DNA from: Nostoc punctiforme PCC 73102
GTDB taxonomy: Bacteria; Cyanobacteriota; Cyanobacteriia; Cyanobacteriales; Nostocaceae
DNA: 32,000 nucleotides
Assembly (NCBI RefSeq): GCF_000020025.1
Contig: NC_010628.1
Coordinates: forward strand, 2,220,001-2,252,000
Direction: 5' to 3'
Of the stretch, positions 8,793 through 16,197 are shown in pieces. A program made the position numbers and the translations under genes. The notes under the pieces are model-generated. The model ran no database searches and was not told the DNA's origin. It worked only from the letters and a program-made list of their open reading frames with translations. Each line of letters begins with the position of its first letter. The stretch's first letter is position 1.

Positions 8793-8839
8793 AATGTTTT
8801 CTCCTCAATTTGTGATATGTGTTAATTGAGTTCTAGTTA

Positions 8840-9079
8840 CTAACTTTCAATAGTGGTAGGAAAGAAGCCAGTTGCTTTGATTTCGTGCAAACTTTGATGA
8901 GATGTAGTAGTTTGTTGAGCGGTGGAAGAGCCAATCCCGCCATGAGGACCAAGCACGGTTTCACTAATTTGTTGATCTAATCTGTTGTCGTTGTCAGCAT
9001 CAACAAAGCTAAAAGCACCACCAGCAACGTTGTCCAATTCTTCAGCAGATAATTCTACGGGCTTAATGTTGTCAGACAT
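8840..9079 (-). CDS. Double-glycine leader peptide P5 (tandem-array copy; protein identical to P4)
   Basis: MSDNIKPVELSAEELDNVAGG|AFSFVDADNDNRLDQQISETVLGPHGGIGSSTAQQTTTSHQSLHEIKATGFFPTTIES. AAGGAG SD lies 9 nt upstream. Confidence 0.85.
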   Translation of the reverse strand: MSDNIKPVELSAEELDNVAGGAFSFVDADNDNRLDQQISETVLGPHGGIGSSTAQQTTTSHQSLHEIKATGFFPTTIES

Positions 9080-9134
9080 GATGTTTTCTCCTTAATGTGT
9101 AAAATGTGTAATGTGTATGATGTGTGTTGTATCA

Positions 9135-9160
9135 AGCAGAACGCTTTATTGAGTTCTGCT
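9135..9160 (-). promoter_or_regulatory. Intercistronic stem-loop between P4 and P5
   Basis: agcagaac (9135-9142) pairs with gttctgct (9153-9160): an 8-bp perfect stem with a 10-nt loop. No U-tract follows on the coding strand. Confidence 0.6.
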
Positions 9161-9175
9161 CTGTGTAATTAGTTA

Positions 9176-9415
9176 CTAACTTTCAATAGTGGTAGGAAAG
9201 AAGCCAGTTGCTTTGATTTCGTGCAAACTTTGATGAGATGTAGTAGTTTGTTGAGCGGTGGAAGAGCCAATCCCGCCATGAGGACCAAGCACGGTTTCAC
9301 TAATTTGTTGATCTAATCTGTTGTCGTTGTCAGCATCGACAAAGCTAAAAGCACCACCAGCAACGTTGTCCAATTCTTCAGCAGATAATTCTACGGGCTT
9401 AATGTTGTCAGACAT
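9176..9415 (-). CDS. Double-glycine leader peptide P4 (tandem-array copy; protein identical to P5)
   Basis: Same 79-aa product as 8840-9079. AAGGAG SD. Confidence 0.85.
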   Translation of the reverse strand: MSDNIKPVELSAEELDNVAGGAFSFVDADNDNRLDQQISETVLGPHGGIGSSTAQQTTTSHQSLHEIKATGFFPTTIES

Positions 9416-9461
9416 GATGTTTTCTCCTTAATGTGTAATGTGTATGATGTGTGTTGTATCA

Positions 9462-9487
9462 AGCAGAACGCTTTATTGAGTTCTGCT
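9462..9487 (-). promoter_or_regulatory. Intercistronic stem-loop between P3 and P4
   Basis: The same 8-bp stem: 9462-9469 pairs with 9480-9487. Confidence 0.6.
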
Positions 9488-9502
9488 CTGTGTAATTAGT
9501 TA

Positions 9503-9742
9503 CTACTTTTCAATAGTGGTAGGAAAGAAGCCAGTTGCTTTGACTTCGTACAAACTTTGATGAGATGTAGTAGTTTGTTGAGCGGTGGAAGAGCCAATCC
9601 CGCCATGAGGACCAAGCACGGTTTCACTAATTTGTTGATCTAATCTGTTGTCGTTGTCAGCATCGACAAAGCTAAAAGCACCACCAGCAACGTTGTCCAA
9701 TTCTTCAGCAGATAATTCTACGGGCTTAATGTTGTCAGACAT
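9503..9742 (-). CDS. Double-glycine leader peptide P3 (tandem-array copy; protein identical to P2)
   Basis: Differs from P4/P5 only at the C-terminus (SLYEVKATGFFPTTIEK). AAGGAG SD. Confidence 0.85.
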   Translation of the reverse strand: MSDNIKPVELSAEELDNVAGGAFSFVDADNDNRLDQQISETVLGPHGGIGSSTAQQTTTSHQSLYEVKATGFFPTTIEK

Positions 9743-9788
9743 GATGTTTTCTCCTTAATGTGTAATGTGTATGATGTGTGTTGTATCA

Positions 9789-9813
9789 AGCAGAACGCTT
9801 TATTGAGTTCTCT
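9789..9813 (-). promoter_or_regulatory. Degenerate copy of the intercistronic stem-loop between P2 and P3
   Basis: A 1-nt deletion (gttctgct becomes gttctct) shortens the stem to ~5 bp. Confidence 0.4.
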
Positions 9814-9828
9814 CTGTGTAATTAGTTA

Positions 9829-10068
9829 CTACTTTTCAATAGTGGTAGGAAAGAAGCCAGTTGCTTTGACTTCGTACAAACTTTGATGAGATGTAGTAGT
9901 TTGTTGAGCGGTGGAAGAGCCAATCCCGCCATGAGGACCAAGCACGGTTTCACTAATTTGTTGATCTAATCTGTTGTCGTTGTCAGCATCAACAAAGCTA
10001 AAAGCACCACCAGCAACGTTGTCCAATTCTTCAGCAGATAATTCTACGGGCTTAATGTTGTCAGACAT
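9829..10068 (-). CDS. Double-glycine leader peptide P2 (tandem-array copy; protein identical to P3)
   Basis: Same 79-aa product as 9503-9742. AAGGAG SD. Confidence 0.85.
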   Translation of the reverse strand: MSDNIKPVELSAEELDNVAGGAFSFVDADNDNRLDQQISETVLGPHGGIGSSTAQQTTTSHQSLYEVKATGFFPTTIEK

Positions 10069-10108
10069 GATGTTTTCTCCTTAATGTGTATGATGTGTGT
10101 TGTATCAA

Positions 10109-10132
10109 GCAGAATGCTTTATTGAGTTCTGC
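10109..10132 (-). promoter_or_regulatory. Intercistronic stem-loop between P1 and P2 (6-bp version)
   Basis: gcagaa (10109-10114) pairs with ttctgc (10127-10132). The closing pair is mismatched. Confidence 0.5.
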
Positions 10133-10148
10133 CCTGTCTAATTAGTTA

Positions 10149-10388
10149 CTACTTTTCAATAGTGGTAGGAAAGAAGCCAGTTGCTTTGACTTCGTACAAA
10201 CTTTGATGAGATGTAGCAGTTTGTTGAGCGGTGGAAGAGCCAATCCCGCCATGAGGACCGATAACGGTTTCACTAATTTGTTGATCTAATTTGTTGTCGT
10301 TGTCAGCATCGACAAAGCTAAAAGCACCACCAGCAACGTTGTCCAATTCTTCAGCAGATAATTCTATGGGTTGAATGTTGTCAGACAT
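10149..10388 (-). CDS. Double-glycine leader peptide P1 (first gene of the array; a few substitutions relative to P2/P3)
   Basis: MSDNIQPIELSAEELDNVAGG|AFSFVDADNDNKLDQQISETVIGPHGGIGSSTAQQTATSHQSLYEVKATGFFPTTIEK. AAGGAG SD. Confidence 0.85.
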   Translation of the reverse strand: MSDNIQPIELSAEELDNVAGGAFSFVDADNDNKLDQQISETVIGPHGGIGSSTAQQTATSHQSLYEVKATGFFPTTIEK

Positions 10389-10825
10389 GATGTTTTCTCC
10401 TTAATGTGTAATGTGTGTTATTTATCAAGCAGAGAGAGTGATTTACTGCTTAGTCGCTTACCGCTTCCCTCGCTTGATGTCTCTACAATACGAAATCAAC
10501 TTAGCTATGTACATCTGAAAAACGTCTAGGATTTCACCTAAGCGAAGTAAGTAGATGTCGTCTAACTTTCGCTATATGGTATTGGGCAATGCGTAAGACT
10601 TTCGTCATAGGCTAACCCAGCTAGTTACTACAAAAGTCATGGATTTGCTTTCAGATGTGGCATTTCACTGCAATATCGTAGTATGACTAAACGTGGAAGC
10701 ACGAATGCAAAATTAGGATCGGTCCCAAGAAATGAGAGCATTCTACATCCATCACTAAATCAACTAAATTAAGAAATTATAGTTATCAGTCTCTAGCAAT
10801 GTTGTAAATAAAAACTCAAACAACA

Positions 10826-11887
10826 ATGTTTAATAGATTCAAATTAGCAACTAAATTTACTTTACTTTTATTGCTGGTGTTCATCGGCGCGATCGCAGTT
10901 AGTGGTTTTGCTTTATCTCATGCACTTGAGCAAAAAGCAGAAGCCGAAATTGCTTATCGCAGCCAAGTTATTGCAGAAACTATGAACTCAGTGAGGAACT
11001 ATACACACACGCGTATCAATCCTCTTCTGACACCAATGCTGGACACTCAAGCCACATTTCTCCCTGAAGTTGTTCCCAGCTTTGCAGTAAGAGAAGTGTT
11101 TGAAAATCTTCGGAAAAACGAAGATTTTAAAGATTTTTTATACAAAGATGCCAACCTAAACCCAACTAACTTACGAGATAAAGCAGATGTATTTGAAACG
11201 GAACTTATCGAACGATTTCGCAAGGAACCAGGGTTGAAAAACATATCCGGTTTTCATGAATCTTATGACGAGAAAATGTTTTATAACGCTCGTCCATTTT
11301 CCATTAATAATCCAACGTGTCTACGCTGTCATAGCACTCCTGAAGTTGCTCCAAAAAGTCAGATTGCTAGTTATGGTTCAGAAAATGGCTTTGGGTGGAA
11401 ACTCAATGAAATTTTAGGCACACAAATTATTTATATTCCTGCCAAACAAGTCTTTGAGGATGCTCATCGTGCTTTTGTTTTATTCATTAGCTTATTTATT
11501 ACGATCTTCGCCATCATGATTTTGCTCATTAATTATTTGTTAAAGCGAAATGTACTACAACCGCTTAAACCAATGGCACAACTTGCTCAGAAAATTAGTA
11601 TGAATGAGATTAGTGTCGAAGAAGCACAAGAGTACGATCGTGAAAAGCTAACATCGATTGTGCAACGTCATGATGAATTAGGACAATTAGGACGAGTTTT
11701 TCAACGCATGGTGCATGAAATTTCTGCCCGTGAACAACAGTTCAGACAACAGTTGCATACACTGCGTATAGAAGTTGATGAAGCTAAACGTGCGCGTGAA
11801 GTTGCAGAAATTGCTGAATCAAAAACATTCCAAAAATTGCAGGAGGAAGCAAAAGCAATCAGAAATAAACGGAATACTCCAAATTAA
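10826..11887 (+). CDS. Membrane sensor protein: periplasmic c-type-heme DUF3365 (Tll0287-like) domain, TM helix, HAMP domain and coiled coil, with no recognisable output domain
   Basis: N-terminal TM helix (FTLLLLLVFIGAIAVSGFAL). CxxCH heme-attachment motif in NNPTCLRCHSTPEVAP. Second TM helix (AFVLFISLFITIFAIMILLINYLL). HAMP-like LQPLKPMAQLAQKIS...DELGQLGRVFQRMVHEI, then a charged coiled coil to the stop. Confidence 0.7.
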   Translation: MFNRFKLATKFTLLLLLVFIGAIAVSGFALSHALEQKAEAEIAYRSQVIAETMNSVRNYTHTRINPLLTPMLDTQATFLPEVVPSFAVREVFENLRKNEDFKDFLYKDANLNPTNLRDKADVFETELIERFRKEPGLKNISGFHESYDEKMFYNARPFSINNPTCLRCHSTPEVAPKSQIASYGSENGFGWKLNEILGTQIIYIPAKQVFEDAHRAFVLFISLFITIFAIMILLINYLLKRNVLQPLKPMAQLAQKISMNEISVEEAQEYDREKLTSIVQRHDELGQLGRVFQRMVHEISAREQQFRQQLHTLRIEVDEAKRAREVAEIAESKTFQKLQEEAKAIRNKRNTPN

Positions 11888-11930
11888 TAATTAAGAATTA
11901 CGAATTAAAAATTAGTATTGAGGATTTATT

Positions 11931-12725
11931 ATGTCTGAAATTATTTCCATTCACTCATTCCGAGGCGGAACTGGTAAGTCAAATGTTACGAGTAATCTTG
12001 CTGCCCTAATCGCTCGTTCTGGAAAACGAGTTGGGATAGTTGATACAGATATCCAATCTCCAGGAATCCACGTTCTATTTGGTCTTGAACAAGAGCGAAT
12101 TCGCTACACATTGAACGATTATCTATGGGGTCGTTGTCAAATTGAAGAAGCCGTTTATGACGTTAGCGCCATTCTCAAACAAAAACAAACATTTTTTGGT
12201 CGCCAGGGAAGTGTTCATCTAATTCCTTCCAGCATTAAGATGAGTGACATTTCTCGAATCTTGCGCGAGGGCTATGACGCACGTCGACTGAATGATGGTT
12301 TACATAATCTAGTTCGCCGTTTAAAACTTGACTATCTGTTGATCGATACTCATCCTGGCATTAACGAAGAAACGTTACTATCTATTATTCTTTCTGATGT
12401 CCTGGTGCTGATTCTCCGTCCAGATAAACAGGATTATCAAGGTACAGCAGTGGCGATAGATGTTGCTCGTAAGCTAGAAGTACCTAAAATGCTAATAGTG
12501 ATCAACAAAGCTCTGCCATCTTTAGATTTCAAAGAGTTAGGGAAACGAGTGGAGAATACCTACAAAACCCCTGTGGCTGGAATACTCCCTGTTTGTGAAG
12601 AGATGTTTGAATTAGGGAGTGGTGGAATCTTCTGTTTGCGGTATCCAGATCATTCATGGACTCAAAAAATTAGTGCGATCGCCAAACAAATCACTGGTTC
12701 TGGAGTTAGATTGTTTGCCAAATAA
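11931..12725 (+). CDS. ParA/MinD-family P-loop ATPase
   Basis: Deviant Walker A SFRGGTGKSNVTSNLA, DTD switch-like motif, and Walker B-like LLIDTHPG. GAGGA SD lies 6 nt upstream. It starts 43 nt after the previous stop, so co-transcription is likely. Confidence 0.75.
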   Translation: MSEIISIHSFRGGTGKSNVTSNLAALIARSGKRVGIVDTDIQSPGIHVLFGLEQERIRYTLNDYLWGRCQIEEAVYDVSAILKQKQTFFGRQGSVHLIPSSIKMSDISRILREGYDARRLNDGLHNLVRRLKLDYLLIDTHPGINEETLLSIILSDVLVLILRPDKQDYQGTAVAIDVARKLEVPKMLIVINKALPSLDFKELGKRVENTYKTPVAGILPVCEEMFELGSGGIFCLRYPDHSWTQKISAIAKQITGSGVRLFAK

Positions 12726-12856
12726 GCGTTAGTTATCAAGGGTGGGTACTAGGGTGACAGATTTGGAAACTAGACGAGTGCATTAACTGGAGCAGTATTA
12801 TTGCTCAGAGCTATCCTAATTCGTAATTCCCTACGTGTAAGCTTGCGCCTACGTAA

Positions 12857-15463
12857 TTAAGTTTTGACCATAATAACTGTGCAATTACTCTTGCGAGAAA
12901 TATTTTCTGCAATATTTCCTTGAATTACCTGTTGTAGTAGACTTTCACGGCTAGCTCCCAAAACAATAACATCACTGTTGTCTTGCTGGGCGCATTCAAG
13001 TACAGCCTCAGAAACAGAATTGGCTTGGACTGGAGTCGCCACCACTTTACCTTTAACTCGGCGTTGGAGAAAGTGAACAGATTTATCTAGTAATGTTGTG
13101 TCAGGTAGAGACTTAGTAGGCTGGAATATTTGACATAGATTGATTTGGGGGGATTTACTTAAGGAAGCAAGAGCAGGTAATAACCGAATTGCTTGGCTGG
13201 AGTTAGGACCACCTGCCATTGGCAACAACCAACGGTCAAAAGCTCTTTTATCATCCAATTTGGCCAAGACAACATCACAACCTGCCTGTCGAATTATGGT
13301 ATCTACCACTCGGCTGAAAACTCTACCAGGAGTTGATGTAGTACCTTTCCATCCCATTAATACCAAATCGATATGTCGATCTTTGACAGTCTCCAAAATT
13401 GCTCCAGCGACATTATGGGTAACTCGGATCTGGGTGTGAACGGGAATCCGCCACTTTTCTCCTAACAGTATTGCTTTCTGTAAAAGCTCAAGGCTTTTGG
13501 TAATTTGTACTGGTGTTTCAGATGGGATACGGTTAGATGGAACAATAATTACTTGTAGGCATTCTATTTCGTAATTGTTAGCTTTAGCGATCGCCCCAGC
13601 CATTTCCAATAAAGTCTCGGCTGTCTGTGGATGCGAAAGTGGTACTAGTAACCTTCCTTTGCCTGTAGCCGGAGCGCGAGTTTGGTAAATCACATAAGAA
13701 GTTGCTGATTTCGATTCTATCTGTTGGGTGTTACCATTCAACCTCTCTGCTTCTACACGGATAATATCACTACGAGTAATAATTCCTACTAGCTTCCGAC
13801 CTTCTGTAACAGGCAAGCAGCTGAGGTGATAACGATTGAGTATATGCAGCACATAAGCCAGCGTCGCTGTGGGACTCGCTGTTACTGGCTCTGGTGTCAT
13901 AATCTGGCTGATAGTTGTATTTCCACTTAACTGTTGCGAGGCAAGATTAACTAAATCTTTCTGAGTGACAATGCCAACAACTTTACCTTTTTCTAAAATT
14001 GGGAAGTTGCGATGATGAGAGTCGGAAAATGCCTGCACTGCCTCATCAATACTCATCTGGCTAGATAGGGTTTCGACACGTCGCTGCATTACATCTGCGG
14101 CACTTATTTGTGCTAAAATCCCCTCTGTGCCTGGCTCTTTTGTAATGTGAATCCCTTTCCACTCTAGTAGAAGGTCATAGAGCGATCGCGGGTCAATTTT
14201 TTCTGCTACTAAATAAGCAATCACAGATACAATCATTAACGGTAGCACCAGATTGAAATCTGTCGTCATCTCAAAGACAATGACAACTGCTGTAATCGGC
14301 ACTTTAGAGACGGCGCTAAAAAGTGCAGCCATTCCCACATGAGCGTAGGTTGTTGCAGCACTCATTCCCAGCAAACTCTGTTCGGCAGCACCAACTAAGT
14401 AGCCAAGAGCAGCGCCCAAGACCAATGTGGGAACCAGCAAACCCCCTGGCGCTCCTGAGCCGTAGGTTAAAATAATTAGGGTAAATTGGACTAAAAGAGC
14501 GATCGCTGCAAATAGCCAATTCCCACTACCTACAAGCAAAATTTCTCTCAGCCCAGCATTATTGCGAAAGGTGATAGGTAACAGAGCGATCGCAACACCA
14601 GTTACTAACCCCACAATTCCAATTCGCCAGGGTAAACTCAGATTTAGTAAACGCCGATTAATTGCCAGACTTGCAAGAATACTTTTATTAAACAGAATGC
14701 CTATTAGCCCACCTAGCACCCCCAAAATCAAGTAGAAAGGGATTTCCTGAGCGAAGAAAGTGGTATGTGAAAAGCTTAAATCCAGATGATTCAGATCCAA
14801 GCTGTGACTACCATACAACCGGGAGATGACTGAAGCGATGAAAGAAGCCAAAATCGCAGTGCCAAGAGTGATACCTGACACATCTTGGAGTAATTCTTCC
14901 ACTACAAACAGGACACCTGCGATCGGTGCATTAAAAGCCGCTGCTAATCCAGCCCCGGCTCCAGCGGCGATCAGTTGGCGGCGATGCTCTGGTGAAGTCG
15001 GTACCCAATTACTAAGTTGATTTGCCAAAGCTGCCCCAATTTGGACAGTTGGCCCTTCCCGTCCTAAAGGCATTCCAGAACCCAGCACTAGTGTAGCGCT
15101 GACCAGCTTGACCAGAGCGATTCGCAGATTTAATGGCATCGGCACACGAGCCAATACGGCTTTGACTTCAGACATCCCACTACCTGATGCTTCAGGTGCG
15201 AAGCGCTCTACTAGCCAACCAGCTAAGATTCCCCCTACCAGTCCAATACCTGGTAGTACCAAGTAGGCAGGCCAGATGTAAGAAAGATGCACTCGCCATG
15301 CTCCCGCCCAGTCTACCGCCTGTCCTAACAGAACTGCTGCTAGCCCAGAAACTAAACCAATTATGCAAGCTTCAACGAAAGCCAAGCGCCTTGGTCGAAG
15401 CAGCTGACGGGAAAGCCTCAACCACAGAATTTTTCCCCTTGCTAACATATTTTTAGTAATCAC
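12857..15463 (-). CDS. ClC-family chloride channel/antiporter fused to a CBS pair and two universal-stress-protein (USP)-like domains
   Basis: ClC selectivity motifs GSGMSEVK, GREGPTVQ and GGLLVP. Two CBS-like repeats follow (NFPILEKGKVVGIVTQKDL; CLPVTEGRKLVGIITRSDI). The C-terminus has USP-like segments (IDLVLMGWKG..., DVIVLGASRE...CTVIMVK). Confidence 0.85.
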   Translation of the reverse strand: MITKNMLARGKILWLRLSRQLLRPRRLAFVEACIIGLVSGLAAVLLGQAVDWAGAWRVHLSYIWPAYLVLPGIGLVGGILAGWLVERFAPEASGSGMSEVKAVLARVPMPLNLRIALVKLVSATLVLGSGMPLGREGPTVQIGAALANQLSNWVPTSPEHRRQLIAAGAGAGLAAAFNAPIAGVLFVVEELLQDVSGITLGTAILASFIASVISRLYGSHSLDLNHLDLSFSHTTFFAQEIPFYLILGVLGGLIGILFNKSILASLAINRRLLNLSLPWRIGIVGLVTGVAIALLPITFRNNAGLREILLVGSGNWLFAAIALLVQFTLIILTYGSGAPGGLLVPTLVLGAALGYLVGAAEQSLLGMSAATTYAHVGMAALFSAVSKVPITAVVIVFEMTTDFNLVLPLMIVSVIAYLVAEKIDPRSLYDLLLEWKGIHITKEPGTEGILAQISAADVMQRRVETLSSQMSIDEAVQAFSDSHHRNFPILEKGKVVGIVTQKDLVNLASQQLSGNTTISQIMTPEPVTASPTATLAYVLHILNRYHLSCLPVTEGRKLVGIITRSDIIRVEAERLNGNTQQIESKSATSYVIYQTRAPATGKGRLLVPLSHPQTAETLLEMAGAIAKANNYEIECLQVIIVPSNRIPSETPVQITKSLELLQKAILLGEKWRIPVHTQIRVTHNVAGAILETVKDRHIDLVLMGWKGTTSTPGRVFSRVVDTIIRQAGCDVVLAKLDDKRAFDRWLLPMAGGPNSSQAIRLLPALASLSKSPQINLCQIFQPTKSLPDTTLLDKSVHFLQRRVKGKVVATPVQANSVSEAVLECAQQDNSDVIVLGASRESLLQQVIQGNIAENISRKSNCTVIMVKT

Positions 15464-15600
15464 TTCTCATATATTACAACTGCAAAAATCTCAAAAATAT
15501 TTTTTTACGTACTTATTTATAGTTTTGCATTAAAAAATGAAATTAAAATGAAATTTTTCTCTGCAAAATGATAGAGATATATGTATTCAAAATTATCAAA

Positions 15601-15646
15601 ACAGAATTCATGCGCGACTTTCTCAGAATGAGCGCATAAATTCTGT
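15601..15646 (-). terminator. Rho-independent-terminator-like hairpin on the minus strand, with no annotated upstream gene
   Basis: acagaattcatgcgc (15601-15615) pairs with gcgcataaattctgt (15632-15646): 15 bp with 1 mismatch. On the minus strand it is followed by TTTTGATAATTTTG. Confidence 0.5.
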
Positions 15647-16197
15647 ACGAAGCCGCAGGTAAATAAACAGTGAAATACCAGGGTGTTGACTTTGTAATAA
15701 ATTAGACTGCAAATATTAATTTGACATCTCTAAAAATTAAAATTGCCTGCTTCTAAAAATTAACCTTTAAGCTGATACTACAGTCAATTAACCCTGTTAA
15801 ATTCACGTTTACTTAATGGGTTTGGGCGTTTTTCCTGTAGGGTTATCTCTCGGTGTAGCAGGTGAATCTGGTGTCCCCAAATTAGACACCCAATCGTTTG
15901 CTCCTAAACCGAAGTGTCCTGTCTCAAACCACTTAGACTTGAGCAGCGACCACCAATCATTTGTCAACCCTTGTAGTACATAGTCAATATCTCTACAAAG
16001 GTTATAGATAAGGCATATTTAATTCCTAGATATATCTAATAGCAACTCTTCTGTTTGTAAAAGCTAGATAGATGAAGTAGCTGTAGCGATCGTGTATGAA
16101 GATTAAATGACTCTTAAATGGTGTAGGATGGTACTCTTACATCTTGCTTGAAGGTGATATCTTCCTGAGAACAGCTTTGTTGTTATCAGTTAGATTA

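Larger units (their letters stand above)
8824..10433. repeat. Five-unit direct tandem repeat. Each unit is one precursor gene plus its spacer.
   Basis: Stop-to-stop periods are 336, 327, 326 and 320 bp (8840, 9176, 9503, 9829, 10149). Coding parts are near-identical. Spacers differ mainly in the number of TGTGTAA/ATGTGTA-type heptamers. Confidence 0.95.

Noticed and set aside
7472-10388. Lanthipeptide, cyanobactin or other modified-RiPP precursor cluster
   Set aside because: The cores contain no Cys. No LanM/LanB/LanC, cyclodehydratase, PatA/G-type protease or radical-SAM enzyme is encoded within the 32 kb. A gene beyond the left edge cannot be excluded.
8266-10388. Diversity-generating retroelement or phase-variation mechanism acting on the peptide cores
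   Set aside because: The window has no reverse transcriptase, template repeat or invertase. Variation among the copies is limited to a few sites and is better explained by gene conversion.
8824-10433. Regular tandem repeat that could be mistaken for a CRISPR array
   Set aside because: The period is ~326 bp and each unit is a complete protein-coding gene with an SD. There are no 25-40-bp repeat/spacer alternations and no cas genes in the window.
10440-10825. Attempt to assign -35/-10 boxes for the peptide operon and the divergent sensor gene
   Set aside because: Several weak candidates exist (e.g. TTAGAC-N18-TTAGGT on the minus strand). None is convincing without transcription-start data.
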